A stretch of DNA of 64,000 nt, taken from NCBI GenBank assembly GCA_015065135.1, contig SVQY01000007.1:2216-66215 (forward strand). Direction: 5' to 3'. A model generated the notes under the pieces. That model ran no database searches, was not told where the DNA came from, and saw only the letters and a list, made by a program, of their open reading frames with translations. The position numbers were made by a program, and so were the translations under genes. Positions 9,734 to 19,134 of the stretch are shown piece after piece (position 1 is the stretch's first letter; each line of letters starts with the position of its first letter). This DNA comes from Oscillospiraceae bacterium (lineage in GTDB: Bacteria > Bacillota > Clostridia > Oscillospirales > CAG-272).

Positions 9734-12700
9734 TCAGCACAAATCAAATTCGGGTCCAATGACCTTGACTGCGTTATCGGGAGAATAGTTTTCTTGAATA
9801 TAGCGAATGGCATCGCGGCTCATTCTCTCCAGCGCCGCACCATCGTTATACAAGGCTGCAATGGTCTCGGCCAGCTTTTTGGCGTCGCTCTCCACCGCCA
9901 TGACCTGCTCGGCATTGGGAATGCCCTCAGCTCCGGTGGGCGTGGTCACAACAGGCGTGCCGTAGCGCATAGCCTCGATCACCTTACCCTTGATACCGGC
10001 GCCGTAGCGCAGAGGCACCAAAGAAATGCGACAATTGTGATAGAAGCCCTCCAACTGCTCATCGGTCACAAAGCCCTCCAAGATGAGGTGCTCATTTTCC
10101 AGCTCCTGCACCTCGTTCGGCGCATTGGAGCCAAGCACATGGATCTTAATGTCCGGCAGCAGCTGCAGCAGCTCGGGCAAGACCTCCTCAGCCAGCCACT
10201 TGACCGCATCGACGTTAGGACGATGCGAGAAACCGCCAATGAACATGATATCCTGTCTGCTTTCAAAATCGTAGCCTTCAAAGGTCACGTTTTCAAACAA
10301 ATACGCAGGGATGGCCTTGACGCGGATCTCGGGATCGATGGCGTGGATCTCCTCTACCTCCACGTAGGAGGGATAGTAAGCCATATCCGACTGGCGCATC
10401 AGATCCAGCTCCTTGGGTTTCCAATCCTCAGAGGACTTGCGGAAGCTCTCGTCACCGGTGATCTCAAACTCGCGCATCTCACGCAGGAAGGCCAGATCGT
10501 GTCCGTAATACATAATGCGTGCGTTGGTATTTTCACGCAGGAACTCCAGATAACGGGGGGCGATATGCGGACGGTTCAGGAACACGTAATCAATATGCTC
10601 CGCGTTCTTTTTGACCCATTCCTTCCAGTTCTTTGCGTAATCGGGGCCGTAAAGCACCTCGATGCCAAGCTGCTGCAGCACCGTGGTATAGGGCTCGTGA
10701 CGGTAGAAATTATCGCCAATAAACTTGACGTTAAAGCCGGCTGCGGCAAACATTTTCAGATATTGGAACACCGTGCGGCTGCCCGCATCTCTGTCAAACT
10801 GCGGCACGTAGTGATCCACCATCAGCAGTGTTTTCTTTTCGTAGGAATAATCGCGCGCCTGGAAAACATTCACGCTGGTTTCGGGATGCTTTTCCAGCTC
10901 CGCTTCCCACTTTTTGTAGAATTTCTCGGTATTCTCGATCTGATATTTTTTCTGGCCGGAGGCGGTGTCGGTGCCATTGGAAACGCCCTCGAAATGCACC
11001 ACCACGGAAAGCGGCTGATACATCACGCGGTAGCCCATTTTACGCACCGTAAAGGCCAGGTCGCTATCCTCGCAGTAAGCCGGTGCAAAATACTCATCAA
11101 AGCCGCCGATCTCCTCCCACAGCTCGCGGGAAAGCATAATGGCAGCGCCCGAGATGTAGTCCACCTGCTTGACGTAATTGAACTCGGGCTGCGCGGGGTT
11201 CTGACCGTTGCCGTAATTCCACGCTGTGCCGTCACGCCACAGAATGCCACCGGCCTCCTGCAGCTTGCCGTCGGGGTAGATCAGCTTGGAGCCGACCATA
11301 CCGATATCCTCTGCGCTTTCGATCAGCTCGACCAGCGGCGCCAACCAATTTTCCAGCACCTGTGTATCGTTGTTCAAAAACAGAACGTACTTCCCCTTTG
11401 CGTGCTTGGCCGCATTGTTGCAATTGCGCAGGAAGCGTAGATTCTCGGGATTGGTGATGCAGCGCACACCGGGCAGGATCTCCTCGATCCTGGTGGTCAG
11501 GTCGGTGGAGCAATCGTTGGCGATCAGGATCTCATAGGTAATATTCCCCGTATTGCGCAGAATGGATTCCACACAACGGTAGGTGTACTCAAACTGGTTA
11601 TAGACCGGGATCACGATCGAGACCTGCGGCACCTCCCATTGGGGGATCGGCAGCACGGGGTAATCCTCAAAGGTCTTTTCGCGGCTCATATCCACCGCAA
11701 CAATGTCGGGCGGCGTGATCGGCAGCAGCGAAGCGCCCACGTTGCCCACAACATTATCCATCAGTCGGCCGGCATATTCGGTCTCGCCGCTCTTCATCAG
11801 GCGGAAGAACTTTTTGATGCGGCGCTTGGAGATGCTGCGCATAAACAGGATGGGATGACGGAACATCTTCCAAAGCAAACGGCAGAACAGCGCACGTCTA
11901 CTGCCGCGCGGTACAAAGAAACGGAACACCTTGGAGAACTTTTGCCCCAATCTGTAGCTGCGGCTGTTCAACAATCTGTCTATCTCGTTTTTCAATTGAT
12001 TTTCTTTATCGCGCAGCTGCTGACATTCGCCCTCCACACAGGCGATCTGCTGCTTCAGATCACGCTCACTCTGCAGCAGAAGCTCAATATGCCCTCGCTG
12101 ATTGGAAAGCTGAATCTGCATTTCTTGCAAGGATTCCGTGTGCAAAGAAGCTGATGGTCTTTGGGGAAGCTTTTCCACAGATTGAATACCGTTTGCCTCA
12201 ACGTACTCTTTTTTTTGCGCCGTTAAAACAAACTGATAAATTTCGCCTTCCAAACGTCTCTTCAGCATTCCGTACAATTGCTCATCGGCAGGAAAAGCCG
12301 CGCTCTGATATTGCTCGGTGCTTGCCGTAGCAGCTTCAACGCAATCCTTTACAACAATGCGTAAGCCAGCTTCCTCAAAAAACTCGTCTAGGTTATTAAT
12401 GCCCCAAAAATGGATGTGTGTATCATCCAAAAGCCCAATAGAGGTGTAGTCCCATCGACCGTCCAACAACTTGGCTACGATATCATTGTGACCAACATTC
12501 GGCAATGAAATCAGCATAACGCCTTCATCCTTAAGCAAGGCACAGGCAGCTTGCAACACCCGAATAGGATCTCGCAAATGCTCCAATACATCAGCAAACA
12601 TAATACAATCGAAGCGAATGTCTGCAAACTTTTTCTGCCAATGATCCTCCATCAGATCTCCACAAACGCCGTCTGTAGCATACTGAATTGCTTGATCAAA

Positions 12701-12877
12701 TCCACTTTTCACATATTCTACGATATAGACAGAGCAACCGAGCTGCTCCGTCATATATTTGGTCATATATCCGCTAGCGCATCCACATTCCAAAACGGTT
12801 GAACCCGGCTTAACCTGCGCCAACAGTTTCCCTTGTGCGCCGGCCGCATCAAAACTATTCACAAAATTGTATTTCAT
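9734..12877 (-). CDS. Multidomain SAM methyltransferase / coiled-coil / GT2 / GT4 glycan protein (WsaE/WbdD-like architecture)
   Basis: VLECGCASG, DVLEHL, LDDTHIHF; heptad region ending SRSYRLG; IVIPVYNQ, FLNND, EDSDL; GGFSHRPNVDA, GAGIKGKVIEAM. Confidence 0.85.
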   Translation of the reverse strand: MKYNFVNSFDAAGAQGKLLAQVKPGSTVLECGCASGYMTKYMTEQLGCSVYIVEYVKSGFDQAIQYATDGVCGDLMEDHWQKKFADIRFDCIMFADVLEHLRDPIRVLQAACALLKDEGVMLISLPNVGHNDIVAKLLDGRWDYTSIGLLDDTHIHFWGINNLDEFFEEAGLRIVVKDCVEAATASTEQYQSAAFPADEQLYGMLKRRLEGEIYQFVLTAQKKEYVEANGIQSVEKLPQRPSASLHTESLQEMQIQLSNQRGHIELLLQSERDLKQQIACVEGECQQLRDKENQLKNEIDRLLNSRSYRLGQKFSKVFRFFVPRGSRRALFCRLLWKMFRHPILFMRSISKRRIKKFFRLMKSGETEYAGRLMDNVVGNVGASLLPITPPDIVAVDMSREKTFEDYPVLPIPQWEVPQVSIVIPVYNQFEYTYRCVESILRNTGNITYEILIANDCSTDLTTRIEEILPGVRCITNPENLRFLRNCNNAAKHAKGKYVLFLNNDTQVLENWLAPLVELIESAEDIGMVGSKLIYPDGKLQEAGGILWRDGTAWNYGNGQNPAQPEFNYVKQVDYISGAAIMLSRELWEEIGGFDEYFAPAYCEDSDLAFTVRKMGYRVMYQPLSVVVHFEGVSNGTDTASGQKKYQIENTEKFYKKWEAELEKHPETSVNVFQARDYSYEKKTLLMVDHYVPQFDRDAGSRTVFQYLKMFAAAGFNVKFIGDNFYRHEPYTTVLQQLGIEVLYGPDYAKNWKEWVKKNAEHIDYVFLNRPHIAPRYLEFLRENTNARIMYYGHDLAFLREMREFEITGDESFRKSSEDWKPKELDLMRQSDMAYYPSYVEVEEIHAIDPEIRVKAIPAYLFENVTFEGYDFESRQDIMFIGGFSHRPNVDAVKWLAEEVLPELLQLLPDIKIHVLGSNAPNEVQELENEHLILEGFVTDEQLEGFYHNCRISLVPLRYGAGIKGKVIEAMRYGTPVVTTPTGAEGIPNAEQVMAVESDAKKLAETIAALYNDGAALERMSRDAIRYIQENYSPDNAVKVIGPEFDLC

Positions 12878-12907
12878 ACAAAGGCACCCTTTCTCTCAAA
12901 CAGCGCA

Positions 12908-14026
12908 TCAGTTTCCGTCGGTATCCTCCAGAACCACCGACAACTTTCGCTCGTCTTTGCCGGGGGAACGGTGGAAATTGCTTTTGATATGCACCGTGAC
13001 CACGGTGTCGGGCTTGCCCTTGACCTCAAAGCTGAGATGCTCCTCGGTCACGCGGATCACAATAGGCTCCTCGTCCTCGTTGCAATCCAACGAAATGCTG
13101 ATCTTCTCTTTGCCGGTCAGATCGTCAAAGGGGCAGCGCAAATTACCCGAGACCAAGCCCATCGGGCCGGTCTTGATCTTATAAGAGCCCTCAGGCGGTA
13201 GCCAGTTATCGGGGTACATCAAGATCCTTTGAATATCGTCCATATGGTGGCCGATCTCAAACTTGGGAGCGTTATCAAAATCGATCAGACCCTCGTAGGC
13301 ATCGCACACGGTCTTGGCATCGCCGTCCATAACCACCTTACCGTGATCCAGCCAGATCACACGGTCGCACATACTGCGGATCTGCCCCAGCACATGAGAG
13401 ACCATCAGCACGGTCGTACCACCGCTCATCATCTGTCTCATACGGCCTTCGCTCTTCTGGCGAAAGTGGCTATCGCCCACCGACAGAATCTCATCCACGA
13501 TCAGGATCTCGGGATCCACCTGCGTGGCAATGGAAAAGGCCAAGCGCATCATCATACCCGAGGAGAAGGTGCGCACGGGCTGATCTACAAATTCGCGCAG
13601 CTCTGCAAAATCAACGATCTGGTCAAAGCGCTCACGGATAAAATCTCGGCTGTATCCGAGGATCGCGCCGTTGAGATAGATATTCTCTTTTGCGGTCAGC
13701 TCTTGATCAAAGCCTGCACCCAGCTCCAGCATAGGCGCGATCTTGCCGTGAATGCGGATGCTGCCGTCGGTCGGTGAAAGTACGCCTGCAATCATCTTCA
13801 GCAGCGTGCTCTTGCCCGCGCCGTTTCGACCGATGATGCCACACACCTCTCCCTTTTTGATCTGTGCCGTTACGCCATCCACCGCACGAAAGCGATCGTA
13901 TTGCAGCTTTCCCTTCAACAGTCTGACCACAAACTCCTTCAGGCTGTTGCTGCCGCCGCTCTCGCGACGAAAATCCATTGTGGCGTTATTGATCTCAATC
14001 ATTACTTGTTCCATGATCATCCTCAA
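12908..14026 (-). CDS. wzt: Polysaccharide ABC exporter ATP-binding subunit with C-terminal extension
   Basis: GRNGAGKST, FSSGMMMRLAF, DEILSVGD; extra ~120 aa C-terminal domain. Confidence 0.92.
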   Translation of the reverse strand: MRMIMEQVMIEINNATMDFRRESGGSNSLKEFVVRLLKGKLQYDRFRAVDGVTAQIKKGEVCGIIGRNGAGKSTLLKMIAGVLSPTDGSIRIHGKIAPMLELGAGFDQELTAKENIYLNGAILGYSRDFIRERFDQIVDFAELREFVDQPVRTFSSGMMMRLAFSIATQVDPEILIVDEILSVGDSHFRQKSEGRMRQMMSGGTTVLMVSHVLGQIRSMCDRVIWLDHGKVVMDGDAKTVCDAYEGLIDFDNAPKFEIGHHMDDIQRILMYPDNWLPPEGSYKIKTGPMGLVSGNLRCPFDDLTGKEKISISLDCNEDEEPIVIRVTEEHLSFEVKGKPDTVVTVHIKSNFHRSPGKDERKLSVVLEDTDGN

Positions 14027-14796
14027 ACGTACAAGATAAATTTCTTTTTCATTGCCCTAAACACCAGCGCGCCGATCAGCATAAAGCCCAACGCGTAGCC
14101 GAAACAGAATAGGAACTGCTCGGGAGTAGGGCAAGCTCCCTCCAGAACCAGCGTGCGGAAGAAAGTCACGTACTGATACATCGGGTTAAGACGATAGATA
14201 CCAAACAGGCTTTCGGGGATCATATCTGCCGAATAGAACAGGGGGGTCAGATACATCCAAAGGGTGATGACCACACCGTACAAAAATTGCATATCTCTGA
14301 AGTACACCATCAGTGCCGAAAGGATCATGCCGATGCCGAGGCTGAACAGGATCAGAGCCACATACAGCACAGGGATCAGCAGATGGAACCAGTTGAGCGG
14401 CACCCGTTGAATCAGAATGATCACGTAAAGCGCCAAGGTGGAGAAGCCAAGATTGATGCAGGAGGAGAGCACCTTGGAAAGTGGAAATACATAGGTGGGA
14501 ATATAGACCTTGGTGATCAGCGAGGCACTGCCCGTTACTGCCGTCAGCGCGGATTGGGTCGCCTCCGAGAAAAAGTTGAAGGTCACAGTGCCGATCAACA
14601 GGTAGACCGCATAGTTCTCAATTGAGCTACCAAAGAAATGCGAGAACACCAGATACTGCACGCCCATGGTCAGCAGTGGGTTCAGCATGCTCCACAAAAC
14701 ACCAAGGACGCTGCGCTTGTACCGCGTTTTGAAGTCGCGTGCTACCAGCTGTCCCAGCAAAAAGCGATAGCGATTCAAGGTTCGAATGGCATTCAT
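14023..14796 (-). CDS. wzm: Polysaccharide ABC exporter permease
   Basis: RDFKTRYKRSVLGVLWSMLNPL, FRD, YLTPLFY, NPM. Confidence 0.92.
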   Translation of the reverse strand: MNAIRTLNRYRFLLGQLVARDFKTRYKRSVLGVLWSMLNPLLTMGVQYLVFSHFFGSSIENYAVYLLIGTVTFNFFSEATQSALTAVTGSASLITKVYIPTYVFPLSKVLSSCINLGFSTLALYVIILIQRVPLNWFHLLIPVLYVALILFSLGIGMILSALMVYFRDMQFLYGVVITLWMYLTPLFYSADMIPESLFGIYRLNPMYQYVTFFRTLVLEGACPTPEQFLFCFGYALGFMLIGALVFRAMKKKFILYV

Positions 14797-14962
14797 TCTT
14801 TAAAATTCCTTTCCGGCCTGATTTCATACACTATGCGCACGCGCGTCATATCCGACATTTTTCGCACGCGGTGGCTATGGTTATATATATAATAACATAT
14901 TTTTAATTAAATGTCTATACAAATTTACACTTTTCTCAAAATTGCTCCTTCGCCCACAACAA

Positions 14963-15008
14963 AAAGAGAGGGGTGCGAGTCGGAATTCCGGCTCGCACCC
15001 CTTTCTTT
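14963..15008 (-). terminator. Terminator after rubredoxin
   Basis: AAAGAGAGGGGTGCGAG...CTCGCACCCCTTTCTTT inverted repeat. Confidence 0.75.
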
Positions 15009-15027
15009 TCTCATACCGTTCGGGGAC

Positions 15028-15186
15028 TTATGCCTCGCTGAACATGCTTTTATCCACACCGCAAACGGGGCAGGAAAAGCTTTCGGGCAGATCCTCAAAC
15101 TTCGTACCGGGGGCAATACCCTGATCCGGCAGACCGGCTGCCTCATCATAGACCCAGCCGCAAGCGTCGCATACATAGTTTTTCAT
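15028..15186 (-). CDS. Rubredoxin (52 aa)
   Basis: Below the ORF-track cutoff. Manual translation [52 protein letters not shown]; two CxxC; RBS AGGAG. Confidence 0.95.
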   Translation of the reverse strand: MKNYVCDACGWVYDEAAGLPDQGIAPGTKFEDLPESFSCPVCGVDKSMFSEA

Positions 15187-15210
15187 ATACGTTGTCTCCT
15201 TTTTGTGATT

Positions 15211-16371
15211 TTAATTTTCCGCACAAAGCTCATCGGCCAATGCCCCCAGAGCCGCCTCTGTCTCTGCATTAGGGGCGGAAAGGATCTTGACGGTGGCTTT
15301 GGTGTAGGTGATATTTTTGGACTTTTCCAGCATTCCCTTCATGACCTTGGTGGCCATAGGAGCCCAGCTGCCGTTCTCGATAAAGGCAACGGTACGGTTC
15401 TGAAAATTGCGCTCGGTCAGATGATCGATAAAGCTGCGCATAAAGGGGAAAATGTCTGCGTTATAAGTTGTGGTAGCCAGCACCAGCTTGCCGTAACGGA
15501 AGGCATCCTCCACCACCTCAGCCATATCGCAGCGTGCCAGATCGTTTACGACTACCTTGGGGCATCCCTTTTCCCGCAGCAATGCAGCAAGCCTTTCCAC
15601 GGCCTTTTTGGTGTTGCCATAGACCGAGGTATACGCGATCACAACGCCCTCGCTCTCTACGCCATAGGTAGACCAGGTCTGGTACAGGTCCATGTAGTAA
15701 CCAAGATCTTCTGTCAACACAGGACCGTGCAGCGGACAGATGGTCTCAATCTCCAGCACCGCCGCCTTTTTGAACAGTGCCTGCACCTGCGCACCGTACT
15801 TGCCAACGATGCCGATATAATATCTTCTGGCCTCGCACGCCCAGTCCTCCTCTACATCAAGTGCGCCGAATTTTCCAAACGCATCTGCGGAAAACAACAC
15901 CTTATCCGCCTTGTCGTAGGTCACGATCACCTCCGGCCAATGGACCATCGGTGCGGTCACAAAGGTAAGCTCGTGCCGACCAAGCGAGAGCGTATCGCCC
16001 TCGCCCACAACAATACGGCGATCGGCATAGTCCTCGCCGTAAAAATTCTTCATCATCGTAAAGGCCTTAGCAGAGGAAACGATCACTGCTTTGGGGTATG
16101 CCACCATAAAGGCAAGAATGCTGGCCGAATGGTCGGGCTCCATATGCTGCACCACCAGATAATCCGGAGCCTTTTCCTCCAGCACACCGGCAATGTTTTG
16201 CATCCACTGCGCGCCAAAACGCGCGTCAACGGTATCCATAATCGCGATTTTTTCATCCATGACCGCATAGGAATTGTACGCCATACCGTTTGGTACCTCG
16301 TACTGCCCCTCAAACAGATCGATCTCGTGATCGTTCACGCCAATATAGCGAATGTCCTGTGTGATCTTCAT
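15211..16371 (-). CDS. fprA: Flavodiiron protein (A-type flavoprotein)
   Basis: FEGQY, YNSY, HMEPDH, HWPE, SADAFG, PLHGP, flavodoxin SVYGNT, GSW. Confidence 0.92.
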   Translation of the reverse strand: MKITQDIRYIGVNDHEIDLFEGQYEVPNGMAYNSYAVMDEKIAIMDTVDARFGAQWMQNIAGVLEEKAPDYLVVQHMEPDHSASILAFMVAYPKAVIVSSAKAFTMMKNFYGEDYADRRIVVGEGDTLSLGRHELTFVTAPMVHWPEVIVTYDKADKVLFSADAFGKFGALDVEEDWACEARRYYIGIVGKYGAQVQALFKKAAVLEIETICPLHGPVLTEDLGYYMDLYQTWSTYGVESEGVVIAYTSVYGNTKKAVERLAALLREKGCPKVVVNDLARCDMAEVVEDAFRYGKLVLATTTYNADIFPFMRSFIDHLTERNFQNRTVAFIENGSWAPMATKVMKGMLEKSKNITYTKATVKILSAPNAETEAALGALADELCAEN

Positions 16372-16480
16372 TTTGACCTCCTATTGCTCGTATTGCCCTT
16401 ATTATAGCATATCCAAAGCGAATTTGCAATATTGCTCCAAAACATTTCTTTTTATAAATTTTGCCGCAAAAGTCACCCCG

Positions 16481-18139
16481 TCAAGCGGCTTTTTGACCGT
16501 TTGCATATTCGGAAAGGCTTGCCCGCAGCGCAAGATACGCCTTCTCCTCAAAGGGAGAGTCCATCCCCACACTCCGCAATGCTTCGATGAAGCCGCTCTC
16601 ATCCTCTACGCTGCAAAGTGACTCATATAGCGCGACAGCTCCCGCAAAATCTGCTTGTGCGGCAGCACCCAACGTCAGCGCGGACACGCCGGACACCGCA
16701 TAACTGATATAATACAACGGCGATACCGCAGCATTATCCAAGATGTACTCTTCGTTGGAAATACCGTATTTTTGCATCACGTTATCCAATATTTCGCGTG
16801 CTGATTCGGGTTGCAGATCCGTTGCCTCATAGCAGCGCAGCTCAAATTCATACATTGCCGCGCCGATCACTACAGAATCCAGCATATCCGCATACTGACG
16901 GGTCAGGATCGCCGTCAGACAGGTCTCGGAAAGCCCCAAGGCACCACCGTTCGCACCAAGGTACGCGAGAAACAGCATTTCGTTTCCCTGCGAATGCAGC
17001 TCCAGTAAGTCATAGTCTCTGTTATTCCCCTTGGTTGCGTGATAATAATGTCCCAGCTCGTGGGTGACCGTCATCACATCCTGATAGTAGGGGCCGAAAT
17101 AAAGGTACGGTACCCCCTCGGCCTCAAAATAGCCTTGATAAGCCCCCTGATAGGAATTCTCGGTATCGTTACCGTAAAAGCAGTACCCATTTTGCCAAAG
17201 TGCATCGTACGTGGCACAAAGCTCGCCGCCAACGGCATCGGCATAGGCATCCAGATATTTCTTTGCCCCATACCGATGAAAGCCACGGTAAAAGAAATTG
17301 GTATAGGCATCACGATCCGCTTTTCCCCAGTGCAGCTGCGCTGCCTCAAGCTCGGCCCAATGTGCACCGACGTCCTGCGAGAGCGCGCAAACATATTGCT
17401 GTACATAATGCAAAAGACGGTCGATCTCTGCCTTGCCGTAATCCCGACCGTAAAGCACCGCATGCGCATAAGTCGCATAATCGCCGTAGCCATTCATCAC
17501 AGCCAGCTCGTTACGGGCTCGTACCAGTGCTACGTAGGCTTCCATCGCATCACTGCCGTCCGTGCCGTAGTTCTCCTCCAGCATCTCGATCCGCTCCTGC
17601 AGTGCCTTTTCCTCCTCGCTATACATACCCTTCAGCTCACTTACGTGTGCCTCGACCTGCGCATCGGTCAATCCCTCGTAATAAAGAGGACGGAAAGCGG
17701 AAGCAGCCAACAGCTCCTCGGTCTCAATAAGCCAGAGCGCAAAATTCCGTTCGAAATTAAGACAATGCGTATATCCCGCCTGCCACTCGGTGTTGCTGCC
17801 GTCAAGATCGCGAAGCAGCGCGTATTTTTCGGTCTGCTCCGATAGATAAGCGGCATCCTCTGTACGCAACGTGGTATACAACAACTCAAAGGCGGCGTAA
17901 TCGGTGCCCTGCGCAATAAGGAAGCGCACCTCTGTCATTTTTTCCTCTATAGCAGAAAGATCGCGACTATATACGAATTCCTTGCCGATCTCATAAGGGG
18001 GCAGATCAGCGTATTCATCAAAGAAAAAACGGTCACGGAGATAGCGTATCACGCCGCACCCACCAAGCGACGGAAGCAACAGAAAAACCAGCAGCAGACA
18101 TAGTAATTTTGAACCCGTCCGCCATATTTTTTTGCGCAT
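16481..18139 (-). CDS. Lipoprotein, M3 oligoendopeptidase-like zinc peptidase
   Basis: Start moved to MRKK (RBS AAGGAGG); lipobox LGGC; HELGH plus ELHSQGNE; YYISY. Confidence 0.72.
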   Translation of the reverse strand: MRKKIWRTGSKLLCLLLVFLLLPSLGGCGVIRYLRDRFFFDEYADLPPYEIGKEFVYSRDLSAIEEKMTEVRFLIAQGTDYAAFELLYTTLRTEDAAYLSEQTEKYALLRDLDGSNTEWQAGYTHCLNFERNFALWLIETEELLAASAFRPLYYEGLTDAQVEAHVSELKGMYSEEEKALQERIEMLEENYGTDGSDAMEAYVALVRARNELAVMNGYGDYATYAHAVLYGRDYGKAEIDRLLHYVQQYVCALSQDVGAHWAELEAAQLHWGKADRDAYTNFFYRGFHRYGAKKYLDAYADAVGGELCATYDALWQNGYCFYGNDTENSYQGAYQGYFEAEGVPYLYFGPYYQDVMTVTHELGHYYHATKGNNRDYDLLELHSQGNEMLFLAYLGANGGALGLSETCLTAILTRQYADMLDSVVIGAAMYEFELRCYEATDLQPESAREILDNVMQKYGISNEEYILDNAAVSPLYYISYAVSGVSALTLGAAAQADFAGAVALYESLCSVEDESGFIEALRSVGMDSPFEEKAYLALRASLSEYANGQKAA

Positions 18140-18152
18140 AATGTCCTCCTTT

Positions 18153-19016
18153 TTAGGAAACGGTATCGTTTTTTTCAAACCAATGACGATATTCCCGTGG
18201 GGTCACACCCTTATAGCGCTTGAAGATCTTGCAAAAATAACTCATATCGTTAAAACCGCTGTCCATAGCGGCCTCGGTGATGTTTTTATCCCCCTCGGCC
18301 AAAGCCAGGCAGACTCGCTCCACACGCAGTCGATTGATATACTCCACCGGACTGTTTCCGGTGTATTCCTTGAAAAAACGGCATAAATATTTTTCGTTAC
18401 TGCCCACCACCTGTGCCAGATCGCTCAATGTGATGTGCTCGGCATAGTTCTGCTCGATCCACTCCAGCAGCAGCGTCATGCTCTGCCGCCTGCCCGCGCG
18501 CTGATGCTTTTCACGCAAACGGACACGGTCACCGCTATAAAGCAGATACAAAAGCTCGGCAATGGCGCCGTGTACGCGCAGCTCGTAATATGCTCCCTCC
18601 CTTGCCAAAGCAGAAAAGAGCGCATCCGCCGCTTCGATCAAAGCGCGATCACCGGAAACGGGACGATTCTCGATCTCGCTGGTCAACAGCGAAAGTGTAT
18701 ATTCTCCCACCCTGCCGGGGCCGTGACGTGTCAGAATGCCCGGATCAAACACCACACACTCGTACACGCAATTCTGCGGTATCGCGCGATGCAGCACACC
18801 GCTGGATACAAAGGCGATCTCCCCCTCGCAAAGCGGGTATTCGGTGTTATCCAGATAAAGCAAAAGCTCGCCGCGCAGAATACGCACGATCTCCAGCTCC
18901 CGGTGCCAATGCAGGTTCATCTCGTAACGAGGATGCTCGCTGTCGATATGATAATACTGTACCGGAAAGGCCGGCTGTCCGTGCCGCTTCTCCTCTTTGT
19001 ACTGTAGATTTTTCAT
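18153..19016 (-). CDS. AraC family transcriptional regulator (cupin + HTH)
   Basis: HWH.ELE cupin; YLCRFFK, SGFNDMSYFCKIFK..G.TP.EYR; divergent from fucI. Confidence 0.92.
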   Translation of the reverse strand: MKNLQYKEEKRHGQPAFPVQYYHIDSEHPRYEMNLHWHRELEIVRILRGELLLYLDNTEYPLCEGEIAFVSSGVLHRAIPQNCVYECVVFDPGILTRHGPGRVGEYTLSLLTSEIENRPVSGDRALIEAADALFSALAREGAYYELRVHGAIAELLYLLYSGDRVRLREKHQRAGRRQSMTLLLEWIEQNYAEHITLSDLAQVVGSNEKYLCRFFKEYTGNSPVEYINRLRVERVCLALAEGDKNITEAAMDSGFNDMSYFCKIFKRYKGVTPREYRHWFEKNDTVS

Positions 19017-19134
19017 GCAAACGCCTCTTATTAGTGAATATCGTTATAGTTTTAAGGGATATTCTACAAGTATTTTAACATAAAATGTACTATAATGCAA
19101 TTGTAAAATAAAAAAATCACGGAGGTTTTTTGAA

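Noticed and set aside
12209-12216. Phase-variable homopolymer in the large glycosyltransferase
   Set aside because: An A8 run in an AT-rich in-frame segment is unremarkable without read evidence.
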